A stretch of 64,000 bases of DNA from an uncultured Gemmatimonadales bacterium (GCA_963716255.1 OY970303.1:960001-1024000), one strand, 5' to 3'; counted from the first letter of the stretch, positions 44,361 through 55,200 are shown. The notes: generated from the letters alone by a model not told the origin. A program made the numbers and translations.

Positions 44361-44855
44361 CTACGCGAGGGAGGGAGGCGGAACGCCGTTGCTGGCGGAC
44401 GAGAGGGTGCCGTCCCGGGCCGCGGCGAGCGCGCGGCCGGCCGGCGAGAGGGCAGGATGGAGGAGGAGGAGACGGAGCGCGCCCACCGGGGGCGGCAGCG
44501 CGCGAAGGGAAAGCACGGAGCGGCCGGAGGGACCGGACCCGCCCGGCCCGCCGCGGACCGGCGCGTCGCCGCGCCGCAGGACGACGCGCAGCGCCGCTCC
44601 GTCCGGCGCGAGGAAGGAGCGGGCGTCCCGCTCCGCCAGCCGCGAGACGCCCCCCGGCGGCCCCTCCACGGCGAGGCGGGCCGCCGCCTCCACCGGGCCC
44701 GCCGGGACGGCGGCCGGGCCCACCGGGGGCCGGGCCACGCCCACGCCGGCGAGCACCACGGCCAGGAGCCACCCCAACGACCGGATCCGCGCCACGCGCA
44801 GCAGCGTCGTCGGCGTCGCGGCCGGCATCCGGGAGGGTCGCGGGGAGGTGGGCAT
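44361..44855 (-). CDS. Hypothetical protein with N-terminal hydrophobic segment and C-terminal PPP
   Basis: LGWLLAVVLAGVGV; ends SSASNGVPPPSLA. Confidence 0.4.
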   Translation of the reverse strand: MPTSPRPSRMPAATPTTLLRVARIRSLGWLLAVVLAGVGVARPPVGPAAVPAGPVEAAARLAVEGPPGGVSRLAERDARSFLAPDGAALRVVLRRGDAPVRGGPGGSGPSGRSVLSLRALPPPVGALRLLLLHPALSPAGRALAAARDGTLSSASNGVPPPSLA

Positions 44856-45020
44856 GCCTGCCCGTACCGAGCAGCGGCGCCGGGGTTCCGCCGGGTCGTC
44901 GCCCCGGGTGCGGGGCGGGCGGCCGGAGCGGACCCGGAACGGGGCAACAACGCGTTCCGGGGCAGGAACTTGCGCGCGCCGGCCGGGTTCAAGGCTCCAC
45001 ACCCGAAGAGGAGGGACCCA

Positions 45021-45539
45021 GTGACCCGCAAGCGATTCCTGGCAAGCCTGCTCGGCCTGGTCGCCGCGCCGCTCGCCGGCCGCCTGGAGGCGGACGAGCC
45101 GGACGCCGTGGACCGGCAGCAGGTCCCCAGGCTCACGAAGCCCAGGGCGGAGTGGCGCCGCCTGCTCCCGCCCGCCGCCTACGCCGTGCTGTTCGAGGAA
45201 TCCACCGAGCGGGCGGGCTCGAGCCCGCTCAACGCCGAGAAGCGCGCGGGCACCTTCGTGTGCGCCGCCTGCTTCCTCCCCGTCTTCCGCTCCGACACCA
45301 AGTTCGAGAGCGGCACGGGGTGGCCCAGCTTCTGGGCGCCCATCTCCGGGCACGTCGCCACGAAGCGCGACTTCAAGCTGATCCTGCCGCGCACCGAGTA
45401 CCACTGCGTGCGCTGCGGCGGCCACCAGGGCCACGTGTTCTCCGACGGACCCGCGCCCACCGGCAAGCGCTACTGCAACAACGGCGTCGCGCTGCGCTTC
45501 GTCCCGGCGGGCCAGTCCCTCCCGGCACTGAGGAGCTGA
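45021..45539 (+). CDS. msrB: Peptide-methionine (R)-S-oxide reductase, Tat-like signal
   Basis: GAGGAG RBS plus GTG; TRKRFL; KFESGTGWPSF, GHQGHVFSDGP, RYCNNG. Confidence 0.95.
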   Translation: MTRKRFLASLLGLVAAPLAGRLEADEPDAVDRQQVPRLTKPRAEWRRLLPPAAYAVLFEESTERAGSSPLNAEKRAGTFVCAACFLPVFRSDTKFESGTGWPSFWAPISGHVATKRDFKLILPRTEYHCVRCGGHQGHVFSDGPAPTGKRYCNNGVALRFVPAGQSLPALRS

Positions 45540-45540
45540 C

Positions 45541-46152
45541 ATGCGCGGCCACGTGATCGCGGTCGCCCTGCTGCTCGCGGCGGCGGGCTCCGGCAGCGCC
45601 GACGCCCAGACGCGGCCGAGCGTCCCCGCGGCCGCCGCGCGCGACACCGCCACCTTCGCGGGGGGCTGCTTCTGGTGCGTGGAGGAAGCCTTCGACAAGG
45701 CCGCGGGGGTGGTGGAGACCACCTCGGGCTACGCCGGCGGGCGGACGCGGAACCCCACCTACGAGCAGGTCTCCGCGGGGGGAACGGGGCACGCGGAGGT
45801 GGTACAGGTCGTGTTCGACCCTCGCAGGACCAGCTACGCGAAGCTCCTGGAAGTGTTCTGGCGCAACGTCGACCCGCTCACCCCGAACCGGCAGTTCTGC
45901 GACGAGGGCGCGCAGTACCGCTCGGCGATTTTCTACCACGACGCCGAGCAGCGGCGCCTCGCGGAGGCATCGAAGCGGGCGCTGGCCGGGCGCTTCCGGG
46001 AGCCCGTCGTCACCGAGATCAGCCCGGTGGGGGCGTTCTGGCCCGCCGAGGAGTACCACCAGGACTACTACGAAAAGAACCCGGCACGCTACCACTTCTA
46101 CAAGTTCAGCTGCGGCCGCGCCCGGCGACTTTCGCAGGTCTGGGGATCGTAG
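45541..46152 (+). CDS. msrA: Peptide-methionine (S)-S-oxide reductase with signal peptide
   Basis: FAGGCFWCVE, TGHAEVV, QYRSAIF, AEEYHQDYY. Confidence 0.96.
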   Translation: MRGHVIAVALLLAAAGSGSADAQTRPSVPAAAARDTATFAGGCFWCVEEAFDKAAGVVETTSGYAGGRTRNPTYEQVSAGGTGHAEVVQVVFDPRRTSYAKLLEVFWRNVDPLTPNRQFCDEGAQYRSAIFYHDAEQRRLAEASKRALAGRFREPVVTEISPVGAFWPAEEYHQDYYEKNPARYHFYKFSCGRARRLSQVWGS

Positions 46153-46175
46153 CGAGGGGTTGAACAGCCGGGTTC

Positions 46176-46304
46176 GGGCGTGCCCCCGGCTGGCGCCGGG
46201 GTCGGGCTTCGGCTCCGTAACGCAGCAAACAACGCTGCGTAACGGAGTCGAGCCCGCGCAAACAGCCGCGCGGTCTCGCCCCTTCGGGCCGAAATCCCTC
46301 ACGC
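46176..46304 (+). repeat. ~130-bp multi-hairpin repeat, copy 9
   Basis: Central stem ACGCAGC/GCTGCGT. Confidence 0.9.
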
Positions 46305-46488
46305 AGGCTCCGGCGTGGCCGAAGGGTCCAGCAGTGGATCACCTCGCCCGTAATGGCGCTGCACGCTGTGCGTGCAGCGCCTTGAACGCCCGGCGAACCG
46401 CGCCCCCGCCGGGATCTCCCGGCGGGGCGCGTCGTTCTCCCCATCTCCCGCTTGCGGGGGAGGGGGCCGGGGGGAGGGGGCCGCCGTC

Positions 46489-46614
46489 GCGTGAGGGATT
46501 TCGGCCCGAAGGGGCGAGACCCGGCGCAGTTTGCCGGGGCTCGACTCCGTTGGGCTGCGTTGTTTGCAGCCCTACGGAGCCGAAGCCCGACCCCGCGTCA
46601 GCGGGGGCACGCCC
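46489..46614 (-). repeat. ~130-bp multi-hairpin repeat, copy 10
   Basis: Central stem GGGCTGC/GCAGCCC. Confidence 0.9.
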
Positions 46615-46646
46615 GAACCCTGCCGTTCAGCCTGTCGTCGTCGGTC

Positions 46647-48290
46647 TCAATCGCACGCATTCGCCAGGCGCTTCGCGGCCGCCGCGCTCGGGTACAGCGC
46701 GTGCGCCGCACGAGCATGCTCGCAGCGCGACTCGCGGGTGCGCCGGCCGGAGCCCCGCGCCAGGCGCAGGTGGATGCGGTAGCTCCCCGGGTCCAGCCGG
46801 GCGGCGCGCTCCAGCGGCTCCCGCCCGCCGCCCTCCGCGTAGATGGACATGGCCGCCAGCTGAGCCGCGCTCTTCGCCGCGCCCGCCCCGGCGGCCAGCG
46901 CCACCAGCAGCAGCGCCGCCACGCGCGCCCCCGGCGCGGCGGCCACCGGGCGAAGGTCCTCCGGCCCCGACAGCGCGCCCAGCGCCGTCCACACCAGCAG
47001 CGCAGGCAGCGCCAGGAGGAGCACCGCGTCGAAGGCCCCCACCACCGCCACCGCCGCCAGCGTGGCGAGCAGCGTCAGCGCCACCAGCCCCTCGTCCGCG
47101 TCGCGGGCGGAGCGCATCCGCCGCCAGGCGCCCAGCGCCAGCGCCACGAACACCCCCGCCAGCAGCAGGAACGCGGGGAGGCCGCGCTCCGCCAGGAAGG
47201 CCACCCAGTCGCTGCTGGGCCAGGGGTTGGAGGTGGTCCCCGCCTCGTCCGGGGCGAGCGAAGGGTCGCGGCGGGCGGCGTGCTCCGGGTACTCCACCGG
47301 CCAGTTTCCCGGCCCCACCCCCAGCAGCGGGCTCCGCAGCGCCATCCCGGCGCTGTTGCGGTACTGGATCAGCCGGCCGCGCCCGCTCCCCTCCTGGTAG
47401 TTCACCAGCCCCTTCGCCGACTCCAGGTACGGGTTCTCGCTCTTCCAGCGAAGGCGGTTGGGCAGCAGGAGCGCGGCCGCCACCCCGCCCCCGGCCAGCA
47501 GCAGCAGCGCCAGCAGCCGCCCCAGCGTGCGGCGGTGCCGCCGCAGCGGCGGCGTCAGCGGCACGCCAAGCACCAGCACCACCGCCACCGCGGCCACCGC
47601 CAGCCATGCCGCGCGCGAGCGGGTGAGGAAGAGCGCCCCCGAGGCCAGCGCCAGCCCCGCGCCGCCCAGCAGGAACCCCGCCGGCCGGTACGCCCGCAGC
47701 GCGGCCAGGAGCACCACCGGCATCCCGAACGCCGCCAGGTGCGCCACGAAGTTGCGGTTCCCCAGCGTCCCCCCGGGCGCGCGGTTCAGCGAGAACAGCT
47801 CGGTGCGCACCCCGTACGCCTGCAGCAGCGCCGTGGCGGCGCCCAGCACCACCGCCGCGGCGAGCGCCGCCAGCAGCGGCCGGGCGAGCCCCGCCCGCGC
47901 CACCCCGTGCGCCGCCCAGAACACCCCCGCCGACGAGACGCTCACCGCGAGCGCCCGCGCGGCCGCCCACGGGTTGGTCGCGAACACCGCCGACACCGCG
48001 CCCAGCGCCAGGAACCCCAGCAGCATCGCGTCCACGCGCGTGGCCTGCACCCGGCGCGCCGCGCCCAGCGCCAGGAGCCCCGCCAGCAGCGCGGCGAGGT
48101 GTAGCACCATCTCCTTGGGGACGAAGAAGCGGTCCAGCTCGAACACCTTGTAGCGGACGGCGGCGAGGACCACCGCCAGCGCGCCGATCTGGAGGACGCG
48201 GAGCGCCAGGCGCTCGGCGCGGCGGGGCGTGGGGAGGACGGGGGCGGGGGGGACGGCCGGGGCCGTCAGCGTCGCGTCGAACGAGTTCAC
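46647..48290 (-). CDS. O-antigen ligase (Wzy_C) family membrane protein
   Basis: GTLGNRN, LTRSRAAWLA, R..., PLLGVGPGNW, LAERG; multiple TM helices. Confidence 0.8.
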   Translation of the reverse strand: MNSFDATLTAPAVPPAPVLPTPRRAERLALRVLQIGALAVVLAAVRYKVFELDRFFVPKEMVLHLAALLAGLLALGAARRVQATRVDAMLLGFLALGAVSAVFATNPWAAARALAVSVSSAGVFWAAHGVARAGLARPLLAALAAAVVLGAATALLQAYGVRTELFSLNRAPGGTLGNRNFVAHLAAFGMPVVLLAALRAYRPAGFLLGGAGLALASGALFLTRSRAAWLAVAAVAVVLVLGVPLTPPLRRHRRTLGRLLALLLLAGGGVAAALLLPNRLRWKSENPYLESAKGLVNYQEGSGRGRLIQYRNSAGMALRSPLLGVGPGNWPVEYPEHAARRDPSLAPDEAGTTSNPWPSSDWVAFLAERGLPAFLLLAGVFVALALGAWRRMRSARDADEGLVALTLLATLAAVAVVGAFDAVLLLALPALLVWTALGALSGPEDLRPVAAAPGARVAALLLVALAAGAGAAKSAAQLAAMSIYAEGGGREPLERAARLDPGSYRIHLRLARGSGRRTRESRCEHARAAHALYPSAAAAKRLANACD

Positions 48291-48378
48291 GGGGCGGGCC
48301 TTGCTCGGGGCGTGGGTGGACCCCGCTAGAATACGGCCTCCGCGCCCCGCCGTCCACCGCGCCCCGGCGGGCGCGCCC

Positions 48379-48753
48379 TCAGGGCACCCCGATCCGCTGC
48401 CGCACCTCGGCGAGCACGGTGTGCGGGTCGCAGGGCTTGGCGAGGTAGGCGTCGCACCCCGCGCGGTCCGACCGCTGCCTGTCCTCCTCCAGCGCCGCGG
48501 CGGTGAGGATCACCACCGGGATGGCGGACACCCCCGGGTCGGACTTGAGGCGCGCGGTCGCCGCCCAGCCGTCCATCACCGGGAGGCGGGCATCCATGAG
48601 GACCATGTCGGGCCGGTGGTGCGACACCGCGTCCACGCCCGCGGCCCCGTCCGCCGCCTCCAGCACGGCGTAGCCGTGGTGGCGGAGAAAGGTCACGACG
48701 ATGTCCCGCTGCTGCGGATCGTCCTCCACGACGAGCACGGTCTTCCGCGTCAT
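48379..48753 (-). CDS. Single-domain response regulator (DivK/CheY-like)
   Basis: VLVVEDD, PDMVLMD, LPVMDG, ILTA, AGCDAYLAKP. Confidence 0.92.
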   Translation of the reverse strand: MTRKTVLVVEDDPQQRDIVVTFLRHHGYAVLEAADGAAGVDAVSHHRPDMVLMDARLPVMDGWAATARLKSDPGVSAIPVVILTAAALEEDRQRSDRAGCDAYLAKPCDPHTVLAEVRQRIGVP

Positions 48754-49005
48754 GGTCACCTCGCGAGCGGGGAGGGGTCCGGGTGCCGCCGGAAAAACAG
48801 GATGCCGCCGGCGCCCGAGGAACCCGAGTCTGCCGGCGGCCCGGCTGGCGTGGCGACGGCGTCGCGGCGGCCCCGTGGCTCCGCGCCCCGGGCTTTCGCC
48901 GGTTCTGCTCCGAGCAGCACACGTCCTGGGGCGTCCTTTCCACACCGGGGCGAATGCATCCCGAACCCTTGCAAGAAGCGTACACTCCACCGCGGCGCGG
49001 GCGTG

Positions 49006-50151
49006 CTACCCGACCGCGTCCGCCTCGCGCCGCAGCATGGCGTCCACGCGCTCCCGCAGGCGCGGATCGCCGGGTCGCCGGGCGAGGTAGAACTCCTCGT
49101 AGTACGCCTTGATGAACCCGGCCGCGGGCGCGGCGACCAGCACCCCCACCAGCCCGAAGGCCACCGCCATGGCCATGGTGACGAAGAGCAGGAACACCGG
49201 GTGCACGTTCATGGTCCCGCCCTGCACGCGCGGGGCGATCAGCGAGCCCAGCACCTCGCTCCACACCAGGAAGAACAGCGCCGTCCACGCCGCCTTCCCC
49301 GGGGAGATGGAGAGCGCCACGAGCACCGGCGGCACCGCCATGAAGTAGAAGCCGATGCGCGGCACCAGGGCGCTGAAGAACGCCAGCACGCTCCACACCA
49401 GCGCGCCGGGGATCCCCGTGTAGTACAGGAACAGGAAGGTGGGGACGGCCTTGAGCGTTCCCAGCACCACGTTGGCCTGCATCCAGCCCACCGTCGCGTC
49501 CGAGGCGCGGGCGAAGGCGCGGGCGGCCGGCGCGCGCAGGTGCGGTGGCATGGCCCGCACGTACCCCTCCAGGAACGGGCCCGGGTCGCTCACCAGGTAG
49601 ACGACGATGCTGAGCAGGAGCAGCCCCAGCAGGAGCGCGCCCAGCAGCGAGAACCCGTAGGTCCACAGGTCGCCCAGGAGCCCGATCGCCCACTCCGTCA
49701 GCCGGCTCCCCCCGTCGGCGCGGATGCGCGCCTCCAGCTGCGGGTAGTCGGCGAGGAAGACCGACGCGCGCGCCTCCAGCCCGGCGACGATGTCCGGCAC
49801 GCCGCGCACGAGCGCCGACGCCTGGTGCGCCACCGCCGGCGCCACCAGCCACCCCACCAGCGCGAGCGCCCCCAGGACTGCCAGCGTCGCCACCACGGTC
49901 GCCAGGCCGCGCCGCCACCCGCGCCGCTCCAGCCAGGTCACCGGCGCGTTGAGCGAGATGGCGAGCACGAGCGCCAGCGCAAAGAACATCAGCACGCCGC
50001 GGATGCGCAGCAGCAGCCACAGGAGGACGACCAGCGCGAAGGCGAGTAGGATGGCGCTCGTGAGCGCCGCGCCGAGGTCGCCCCCCATGCGGCGGGGTGC
50101 GGCGCCCGCGGCCTGCTCTCCGGGAGCCGCGGAGGGGCTGGGGATGTCCAC
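49006..50151 (-). CDS. AI-2E family transporter
   Basis: LNAPVTWLER, LVPRIG, LIAPRVQG..MNVHP, FGLVGVLVAAP; start uncertain (50151 or 50088). Confidence 0.88.
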   Translation of the reverse strand: MDIPSPSAAPGEQAAGAAPRRMGGDLGAALTSAILLAFALVVLLWLLLRIRGVLMFFALALVLAISLNAPVTWLERRGWRRGLATVVATLAVLGALALVGWLVAPAVAHQASALVRGVPDIVAGLEARASVFLADYPQLEARIRADGGSRLTEWAIGLLGDLWTYGFSLLGALLLGLLLLSIVVYLVSDPGPFLEGYVRAMPPHLRAPAARAFARASDATVGWMQANVVLGTLKAVPTFLFLYYTGIPGALVWSVLAFFSALVPRIGFYFMAVPPVLVALSISPGKAAWTALFFLVWSEVLGSLIAPRVQGGTMNVHPVFLLFVTMAMAVAFGLVGVLVAAPAAGFIKAYYEEFYLARRPGDPRLRERVDAMLRREADAVG

Positions 50152-50317
50152 GGGACCGGGCCGGTGCGGGTGGGGAGGGACCTGCCTGCGGGACAGTTTA
50201 GGGCAGGAAGGCCCGGCGGCGACAGGGGAGCGGCGGCGCGCTCCGGCGGGCGGGATCGCGGAGGTCGCCCGCGGGAGCGGGTGGAGGCTGGCGCGCCGAG
50301 GACGCAGCGCGAGCCCC

Positions 50318-50450
50318 ACGTGAGGGATTTCGGCCCGAAGGGGCGAGACCCGGCGGGGTAGTTTCCGCCGGGTCTCGACTCCGTTGGGCTGCGTTGTTTG
50401 CAGCCCTACGGAGCCGAAGCCCGACCCCGGCGCCAGCCGGGGACACGCCC
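50318..50450 (-). repeat. ~130-bp multi-hairpin repeat, copy 11
   Basis: Central stem GGGCTGC/GCAGCCC. Confidence 0.9.
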
Positions 50451-50536
50451 CACCCCGCAGTCCTCGTCACTGGCACCTGCCCTGCACCGGACTACGCCCG
50501 GACGCGGCGAAACGGACACCGGCGGAGAGGTCCCGA

Positions 50537-51346
50537 ATGGAGGTCGATCGACACGACGGCACGGACGGCCCCCCGCTCGTGGTCGCGCTGGGGGAGTACG
50601 ACACCGGCTGGCACGACCCGGCGGGCTCGCTCGCCCGCGCGGCCGGGGTGGTGCGGCGCGCGGCGGCGGCGGGCGCGGAGCTGGTGGTGCTCCCGGAGAT
50701 GTGCACCACCGGCTTCACCATGGATCCGGCCGCGTGGGCGGAGACGCCGGCGGGGCCGTCGGCGGCGGGGCTCGCGGAGCTGGCGCGGCGCCACGGGGTT
50801 CACCTGCTCGCCGGGGTGGCGACGCGGGCCCCGGAGGACGGCGGCGGGGAGCGCTTCTTCAACTCGGCGCTGCTCTTCGTGCCGGACGGCGCGCCGGCGG
50901 CGGAGTACCGCAAGCAGCGGCTGTTCGCCTTCGCGGGGGAGCACGAGCGCTACGCGGCGGGGGAGGCGCCCGTGGTCGTGCGCGTGGGCGGGGTGCGGCT
51001 TGCGCCGTTCATCTGCTTCGACCTGCGCTTCCCGGAGCTGTTCCGCGCGGTGGCGCCGCGGGTGGACGCGCTGGTGCTGCTGGCGAACTGGCCGGCCGCG
51101 CGCCGCGCGCACTGGGACGTGCTGGTGCGCGCCCGCGCCATCGAGAACCAGTGCTACGTGGTGGCGGTGAACCGCTCCGGCGAGGGCGGCGGCCTGGAGT
51201 ACGACGGCGGCTCCGTGGCGTACGATCCGTGGGGGGAGCCGGTGGCGGAGCCGGCGGACGGCGGGCTGGTCGTCGCCCGGGTGGACCCCGCGGAGGTGAC
51301 GCGGGTGCGGTCGCGCTACCCGTTCGTGGAGGACCGGCGCGGCTGA
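50537..51346 (+). CDS. Carbon-nitrogen hydrolase (nitrilase superfamily, omega-amidase-like)
   Basis: E-K-C triad: LPEMCTTGF, YRKQRLF, ICFDLRFPE; ARAIENQ. Confidence 0.9.
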   Translation: MEVDRHDGTDGPPLVVALGEYDTGWHDPAGSLARAAGVVRRAAAAGAELVVLPEMCTTGFTMDPAAWAETPAGPSAAGLAELARRHGVHLLAGVATRAPEDGGGERFFNSALLFVPDGAPAAEYRKQRLFAFAGEHERYAAGEAPVVVRVGGVRLAPFICFDLRFPELFRAVAPRVDALVLLANWPAARRAHWDVLVRARAIENQCYVVAVNRSGEGGGLEYDGGSVAYDPWGEPVAEPADGGLVVARVDPAEVTRVRSRYPFVEDRRG

Positions 51347-51526
51347 GCTCCGCCCGGGACGCCTTCGCGCGGGGATGACGCCCGGGGACGGTGGAGCGGT
51401 GGTGGCGGGCAAGGTGGCGGAAGAGGCGCGGGGCGACGGGGTACGCCGGCATTGCCCGCGGGACCGCGCTCCCTACATTGCGCCGGGCAGGATCGTCCCC
51501 CCCACTTCCCCGCCCCGGAGGTCACC

Positions 51527-52021
51527 ATGCCCAGACTCGCGCTGGTTCTCGTCCTCCTCGCCGCCTGCGCCACCGTCGTACCCGACCCGCCGGCCGCACC
51601 CGCCGCTCCCGACGCACCCGCCGCCGCGGCTGCACCCGCGGCTCCCGCCGCGCCCATGGCTCCCGCCGCTCCGGCGGGCATCACGGGCGAGTACACGATG
51701 ACCATCTCGGCGGCCGACGTACCCGCCACGATGCCCGACAGCATGAAGCAGATGATGATCGGGACGTGGAACATCGGGCTCCACGAGGGCAACCACGTCC
51801 TGGTGACCTACAACGGACGGGAGGTCGTCTCGGGTCCCTACATGGTCTCGGGCAGCCAGGTGACGTTCCCCGCCAACGACACGGGGCCGTACGCCTGCCG
51901 GACCGCGGCCACGTACACCTGGCGGACGAGCGGCGACCAGCTCACGCTCACCCGCGTGCAGGACGCCTGCGACGGACGGGTGGTGGTTCTGACCAGGCAC
52001 CCGCTGATGCGGCGGGGGTAG
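51527..52021 (+). CDS. Hypothetical lipoprotein
   Basis: GGAGG RBS, lipobox LAAC, Pro/Ala linker, small beta domain with two Cys. Confidence 0.75.
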   Translation: MPRLALVLVLLAACATVVPDPPAAPAAPDAPAAAAAPAAPAAPMAPAAPAGITGEYTMTISAADVPATMPDSMKQMMIGTWNIGLHEGNHVLVTYNGREVVSGPYMVSGSQVTFPANDTGPYACRTAATYTWRTSGDQLTLTRVQDACDGRVVVLTRHPLMRRG

Positions 52022-52040
52022 CTCCTCGGCCTGAAGCACG

Positions 52041-52075
52041 AGACCCCGGCTGCCATGTGGCGGCCGGGGTCTTTT
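52041..52075 (+). terminator. Rho-independent terminator
   Basis: AGACCCCGGCTGCCA-TG-TGGCGGCCGGGGTCT followed by TTT. Confidence 0.7.
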
Positions 52076-52245
52076 CATGTCTTCGGAATCGCTGTCGTGA
52101 CGCGGCTCAGAGATCCAGCCCCGTGTCCAGCCCGCGGTGCACGCCCACCAGCGTGTGCACCTTCCGGATCGCGAGCAGCGCCCCGTCCACGAACGAGTGC
52201 GCGCTGCTCCCTGCGTCGTGCCGGGATGGTGAGCTTCCGCCTCCG

Positions 52246-53265
52246 TCAACTACGTGGAACGCCCCCGGGAGCCCGCGCGCCCCCGCCCTCCAGCCCCAGG
52301 TTGGCGAAGTACTGCTTCCTCCCGCCCTCCACCGCCGCGTCCGGCGCGCGGATCGCCCGCACCGACGGCGGCAGGCACGCGCGCAGCGCCTCCAGGAACG
52401 CGTCCACCAGGGGGCGCTTGAGGTAGATGCGCCGCCGCACCATCACCACCTGCCGCGTGGGCACCGGGTCCGCGAAGGGGATGATGCACGCCCCCGGGTG
52501 CTCCCCGCGCAGCTCGTCCACCGCAAGCGCCGGCAGCAGCGTGAAGCCGTCCCCCTTCTCCACCAGCCTCTTCAGCGTCTCCAGGTTGCCGCTCTCCATG
52601 CGGATCCCGTGCGTGCAGCGGCCGTGCTCCCCCTCGCGCCCCTCGCAGAGCTGGAGCGTCTGCGCGCGCAGGCAGTGCGCCTCCGACAGCAGCCAGAAGT
52701 CCTCGCGCGGCAGGTCGCGCGGCGTGACCCGCGACTTGGCGGCCAGCGGGTGGCCGCGGCTCACGTACGCCACCAGCGGCTCGTCGAAGAGCGGCTGGAA
52801 CACCAGCTCCGCCGCGTCCGAGGTGGCGATCAGCGCCGCGTCCAGCGTCTCGTTGCGGATGCGCTCCAGCAGCGTGTCCGTGAGTCCCTCCTCCAGCACC
52901 AGCTCCAGCCGCGGGTGCAGCCGCGCCAGCTCGTGCACGAAGCGGGGGAGGAGGTAGGGCCCCAGCGTGGGGAGCACCCCCACCCGCAGCTCCCCCGCCG
53001 TCTCGCCCCGCGCCTCGTCCCGCAGCTCCGGGATGCGCGCCGCCTCCCGCAGCACCACCCGCGCCTGCTCCACCACCCGCCGCCCCAGCTCCGTGGGCAC
53101 CACCGGCGTGCGCGACCGGTCGAAGAGCACCACGCCCAGCTCGCCCTCCAGCTTGCGGACCTGCATGGAAAGGGCAGGCTGCGTCACGTAGCACGCGTCC
53201 GCGGCGCGGCCGAAGTGCCCGTAGGTGTCCACGGCGACCACGTAGGTGAGCTGGGTGAGCGTCAT
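52246..53265 (-). CDS. oxyR: Hydrogen peroxide-inducible LysR regulator
   Basis: LysR HTH (HFGRAADACYVTQPALS); redox Cys pair HCLRAQTLQLC; divergent from catalase. Confidence 0.9.
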   Translation of the reverse strand: MTLTQLTYVVAVDTYGHFGRAADACYVTQPALSMQVRKLEGELGVVLFDRSRTPVVPTELGRRVVEQARVVLREAARIPELRDEARGETAGELRVGVLPTLGPYLLPRFVHELARLHPRLELVLEEGLTDTLLERIRNETLDAALIATSDAAELVFQPLFDEPLVAYVSRGHPLAAKSRVTPRDLPREDFWLLSEAHCLRAQTLQLCEGREGEHGRCTHGIRMESGNLETLKRLVEKGDGFTLLPALAVDELRGEHPGACIIPFADPVPTRQVVMVRRRIYLKRPLVDAFLEALRACLPPSVRAIRAPDAAVEGGRKQYFANLGLEGGGARAPGGVPRS

Positions 53266-53274
53266 ACGACAAGG

Positions 53275-53310
53275 ATAAGCGTTGCTGATCGTCCGGTAAA
53301 CAGGTTCTAT
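53275..53310. promoter_or_regulatory. Putative OxyR operator
   Basis: ATAA-N7-TGAT-N6-GTAA-N7-CTAT resembles the ATAG-N7-CTAT repeats; lies between oxyR and catalase. Confidence 0.5.
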
Positions 53311-53417
53311 TTCCGTTAATGAAAGGGGCGCGCTATTCTCGCCAGCTTGGGGAGCCGGGCCGCGACCCGGCCGCCACCCACCTCCCATGTGGAAACGACG
53401 CGAAACGGAGCGGAGCG

Positions 53418-55169
53418 ATGGACACGAAGGACGACGGCGCGCAGCAGGACGAGCGGACCCTGACCACCCGGCAGGGCCACCCGGTCTCCAACAACCAGTC
53501 GCAGCGCACCGTGGGGAGCCGCGGGCCCGCGACGCTGGAGAACTACCACTACCTGGAGAAGATCAGCCACTTCGACCGCGAGCGCATCCCCGAGCGCGTG
53601 GTGCACGCCCGCGGCTTCGTGGCGTACGGCGAGTTCGAGGCGACGGGCAGGATCGGCGACGAGCCGGCGTCCACCTACACCCGCGCCAGGCTCTTCCAGG
53701 AGGCCGGGAAGAAGACCCCGCTCGCCATCCGCTTCTCCACCGTCATCGGCGGGCGCGACTCCAGCGAGACCGCGCGCGACCCCCGCGGCTTCGCGGTGAA
53801 GTTCTACACCGAGGACGGCAACTGGGACCTGGTGGGGAACAACCTGGCGGTCTTCTTCATCCGCGACGCCGTCAAGTTCCCCGACGTCATCCACTCGCTG
53901 AAGCCGGACCCGGTGACCTTCCGCCAGGAGCCCAACCGCATCTTCGACTTCATGAGCCAGACGCCGGAATCCATGCACATGCTGACGCACCTGTTCAGCC
54001 CGCGCGGGATCCCGGCCAGCTATCGGCACATGGAGGGCTTCGGCGTCAACACCTACAAGATGGTGAACGCCGCCGGCGACACGGTGCTGGTGAAGTACCA
54101 CTTCCACCCGCGCTGCGGCCTGGCCAGCCTCACCGCCGAGGAAGCCGCCAAGGTGCAGGGGCAGGACCTGGGCTCCGCCAGCAAGGACCTGTTCGACGCC
54201 ATCGAGCGGGGCGAGCACCCGCAGTGGGACATGTACGTGCAGGTCATGGAGGACCACGACCACCCGGAGCTGGACTGGGACCCGCTGGACGACACCAAGA
54301 TCTGGCCGGAGGACCAGTTCCCGCTGCGGCACGTGGGCGTGATGACGCTCAACCGCAACGTGTCCGACTTCCACAACGAGAACGAGCAGATCGCCATGGG
54401 CACCGGCGTGCTCGTGGACGGGATGGACTTCTCGGACGACAAGATGCTGGTGGGCCGCACCTTCTCGTACTCCGACACGCAGCGCTACCGCGTGGGCCCC
54501 AACTACCTCCAGCTCCCCGTGAACCAGCCCAAGGGGGTGGACGGCCGCGTGCACACCAACCAGCGCGGCGGGCAGATGTCGTACGGCGTGGACCTGGCCC
54601 CAGGGCAGAACCCGCACGTCAACTACGAGCCCTCCATCCACGGCGGCCTCCGCGAGGCGGAGCACAAGCCGCACAACGCCCCGGAGATCCACGGGCGGCT
54701 GACCCAGAGCGTCCTCGAGCGCCGCAACGACTACGTGCAGGCGCGCGGCCGCTACAACACCATGATGGACTGGGAGCGCGACGACCTGGTCGGGAACATG
54801 GGCGGCCTGCTGGGGCAGTGCCAGCGCGACGTGCAGGAGCGGATGCTGTGGCACCTGCTGCTGGTGCACGACGACTACGGCACCCGCGTGGGCCAGGCGC
54901 TCGGCATGACCGCCGACGACGTGAAGCACCTGGAGCCGCTCCCCGGCCAGGTGCTCACCGACGAGGACCGGAGCCGCCTGGCCAAGCTGGGGAACAACGG
55001 CGACGTCATCGACCCCACCGTCTGGGGGACGTGGACCAGCTCGGTGACCAACTACCAGGCCAGCGCCGAGGAGGTGCTGTCCGGGATGCGCGTCAAGCTG
55101 GAAGGCGCGCAGGGGCTCACCCGCGACGAGCTCGCAGGCGCCGGCAACGCGCCGAACCCCATCAAGTAA
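53418..55169 (+). CDS. Monofunctional heme catalase
   Basis: [47 protein letters not shown]. Confidence 0.97.
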   Translation: MDTKDDGAQQDERTLTTRQGHPVSNNQSQRTVGSRGPATLENYHYLEKISHFDRERIPERVVHARGFVAYGEFEATGRIGDEPASTYTRARLFQEAGKKTPLAIRFSTVIGGRDSSETARDPRGFAVKFYTEDGNWDLVGNNLAVFFIRDAVKFPDVIHSLKPDPVTFRQEPNRIFDFMSQTPESMHMLTHLFSPRGIPASYRHMEGFGVNTYKMVNAAGDTVLVKYHFHPRCGLASLTAEEAAKVQGQDLGSASKDLFDAIERGEHPQWDMYVQVMEDHDHPELDWDPLDDTKIWPEDQFPLRHVGVMTLNRNVSDFHNENEQIAMGTGVLVDGMDFSDDKMLVGRTFSYSDTQRYRVGPNYLQLPVNQPKGVDGRVHTNQRGGQMSYGVDLAPGQNPHVNYEPSIHGGLREAEHKPHNAPEIHGRLTQSVLERRNDYVQARGRYNTMMDWERDDLVGNMGGLLGQCQRDVQERMLWHLLLVHDDYGTRVGQALGMTADDVKHLEPLPGQVLTDEDRSRLAKLGNNGDVIDPTVWGTWTSSVTNYQASAEEVLSGMRVKLEGAQGLTRDELAGAGNAPNPIK

Positions 55170-55200
55170 GCGGTCGGCGCTTGCGCCAGAGTTGAACGAC

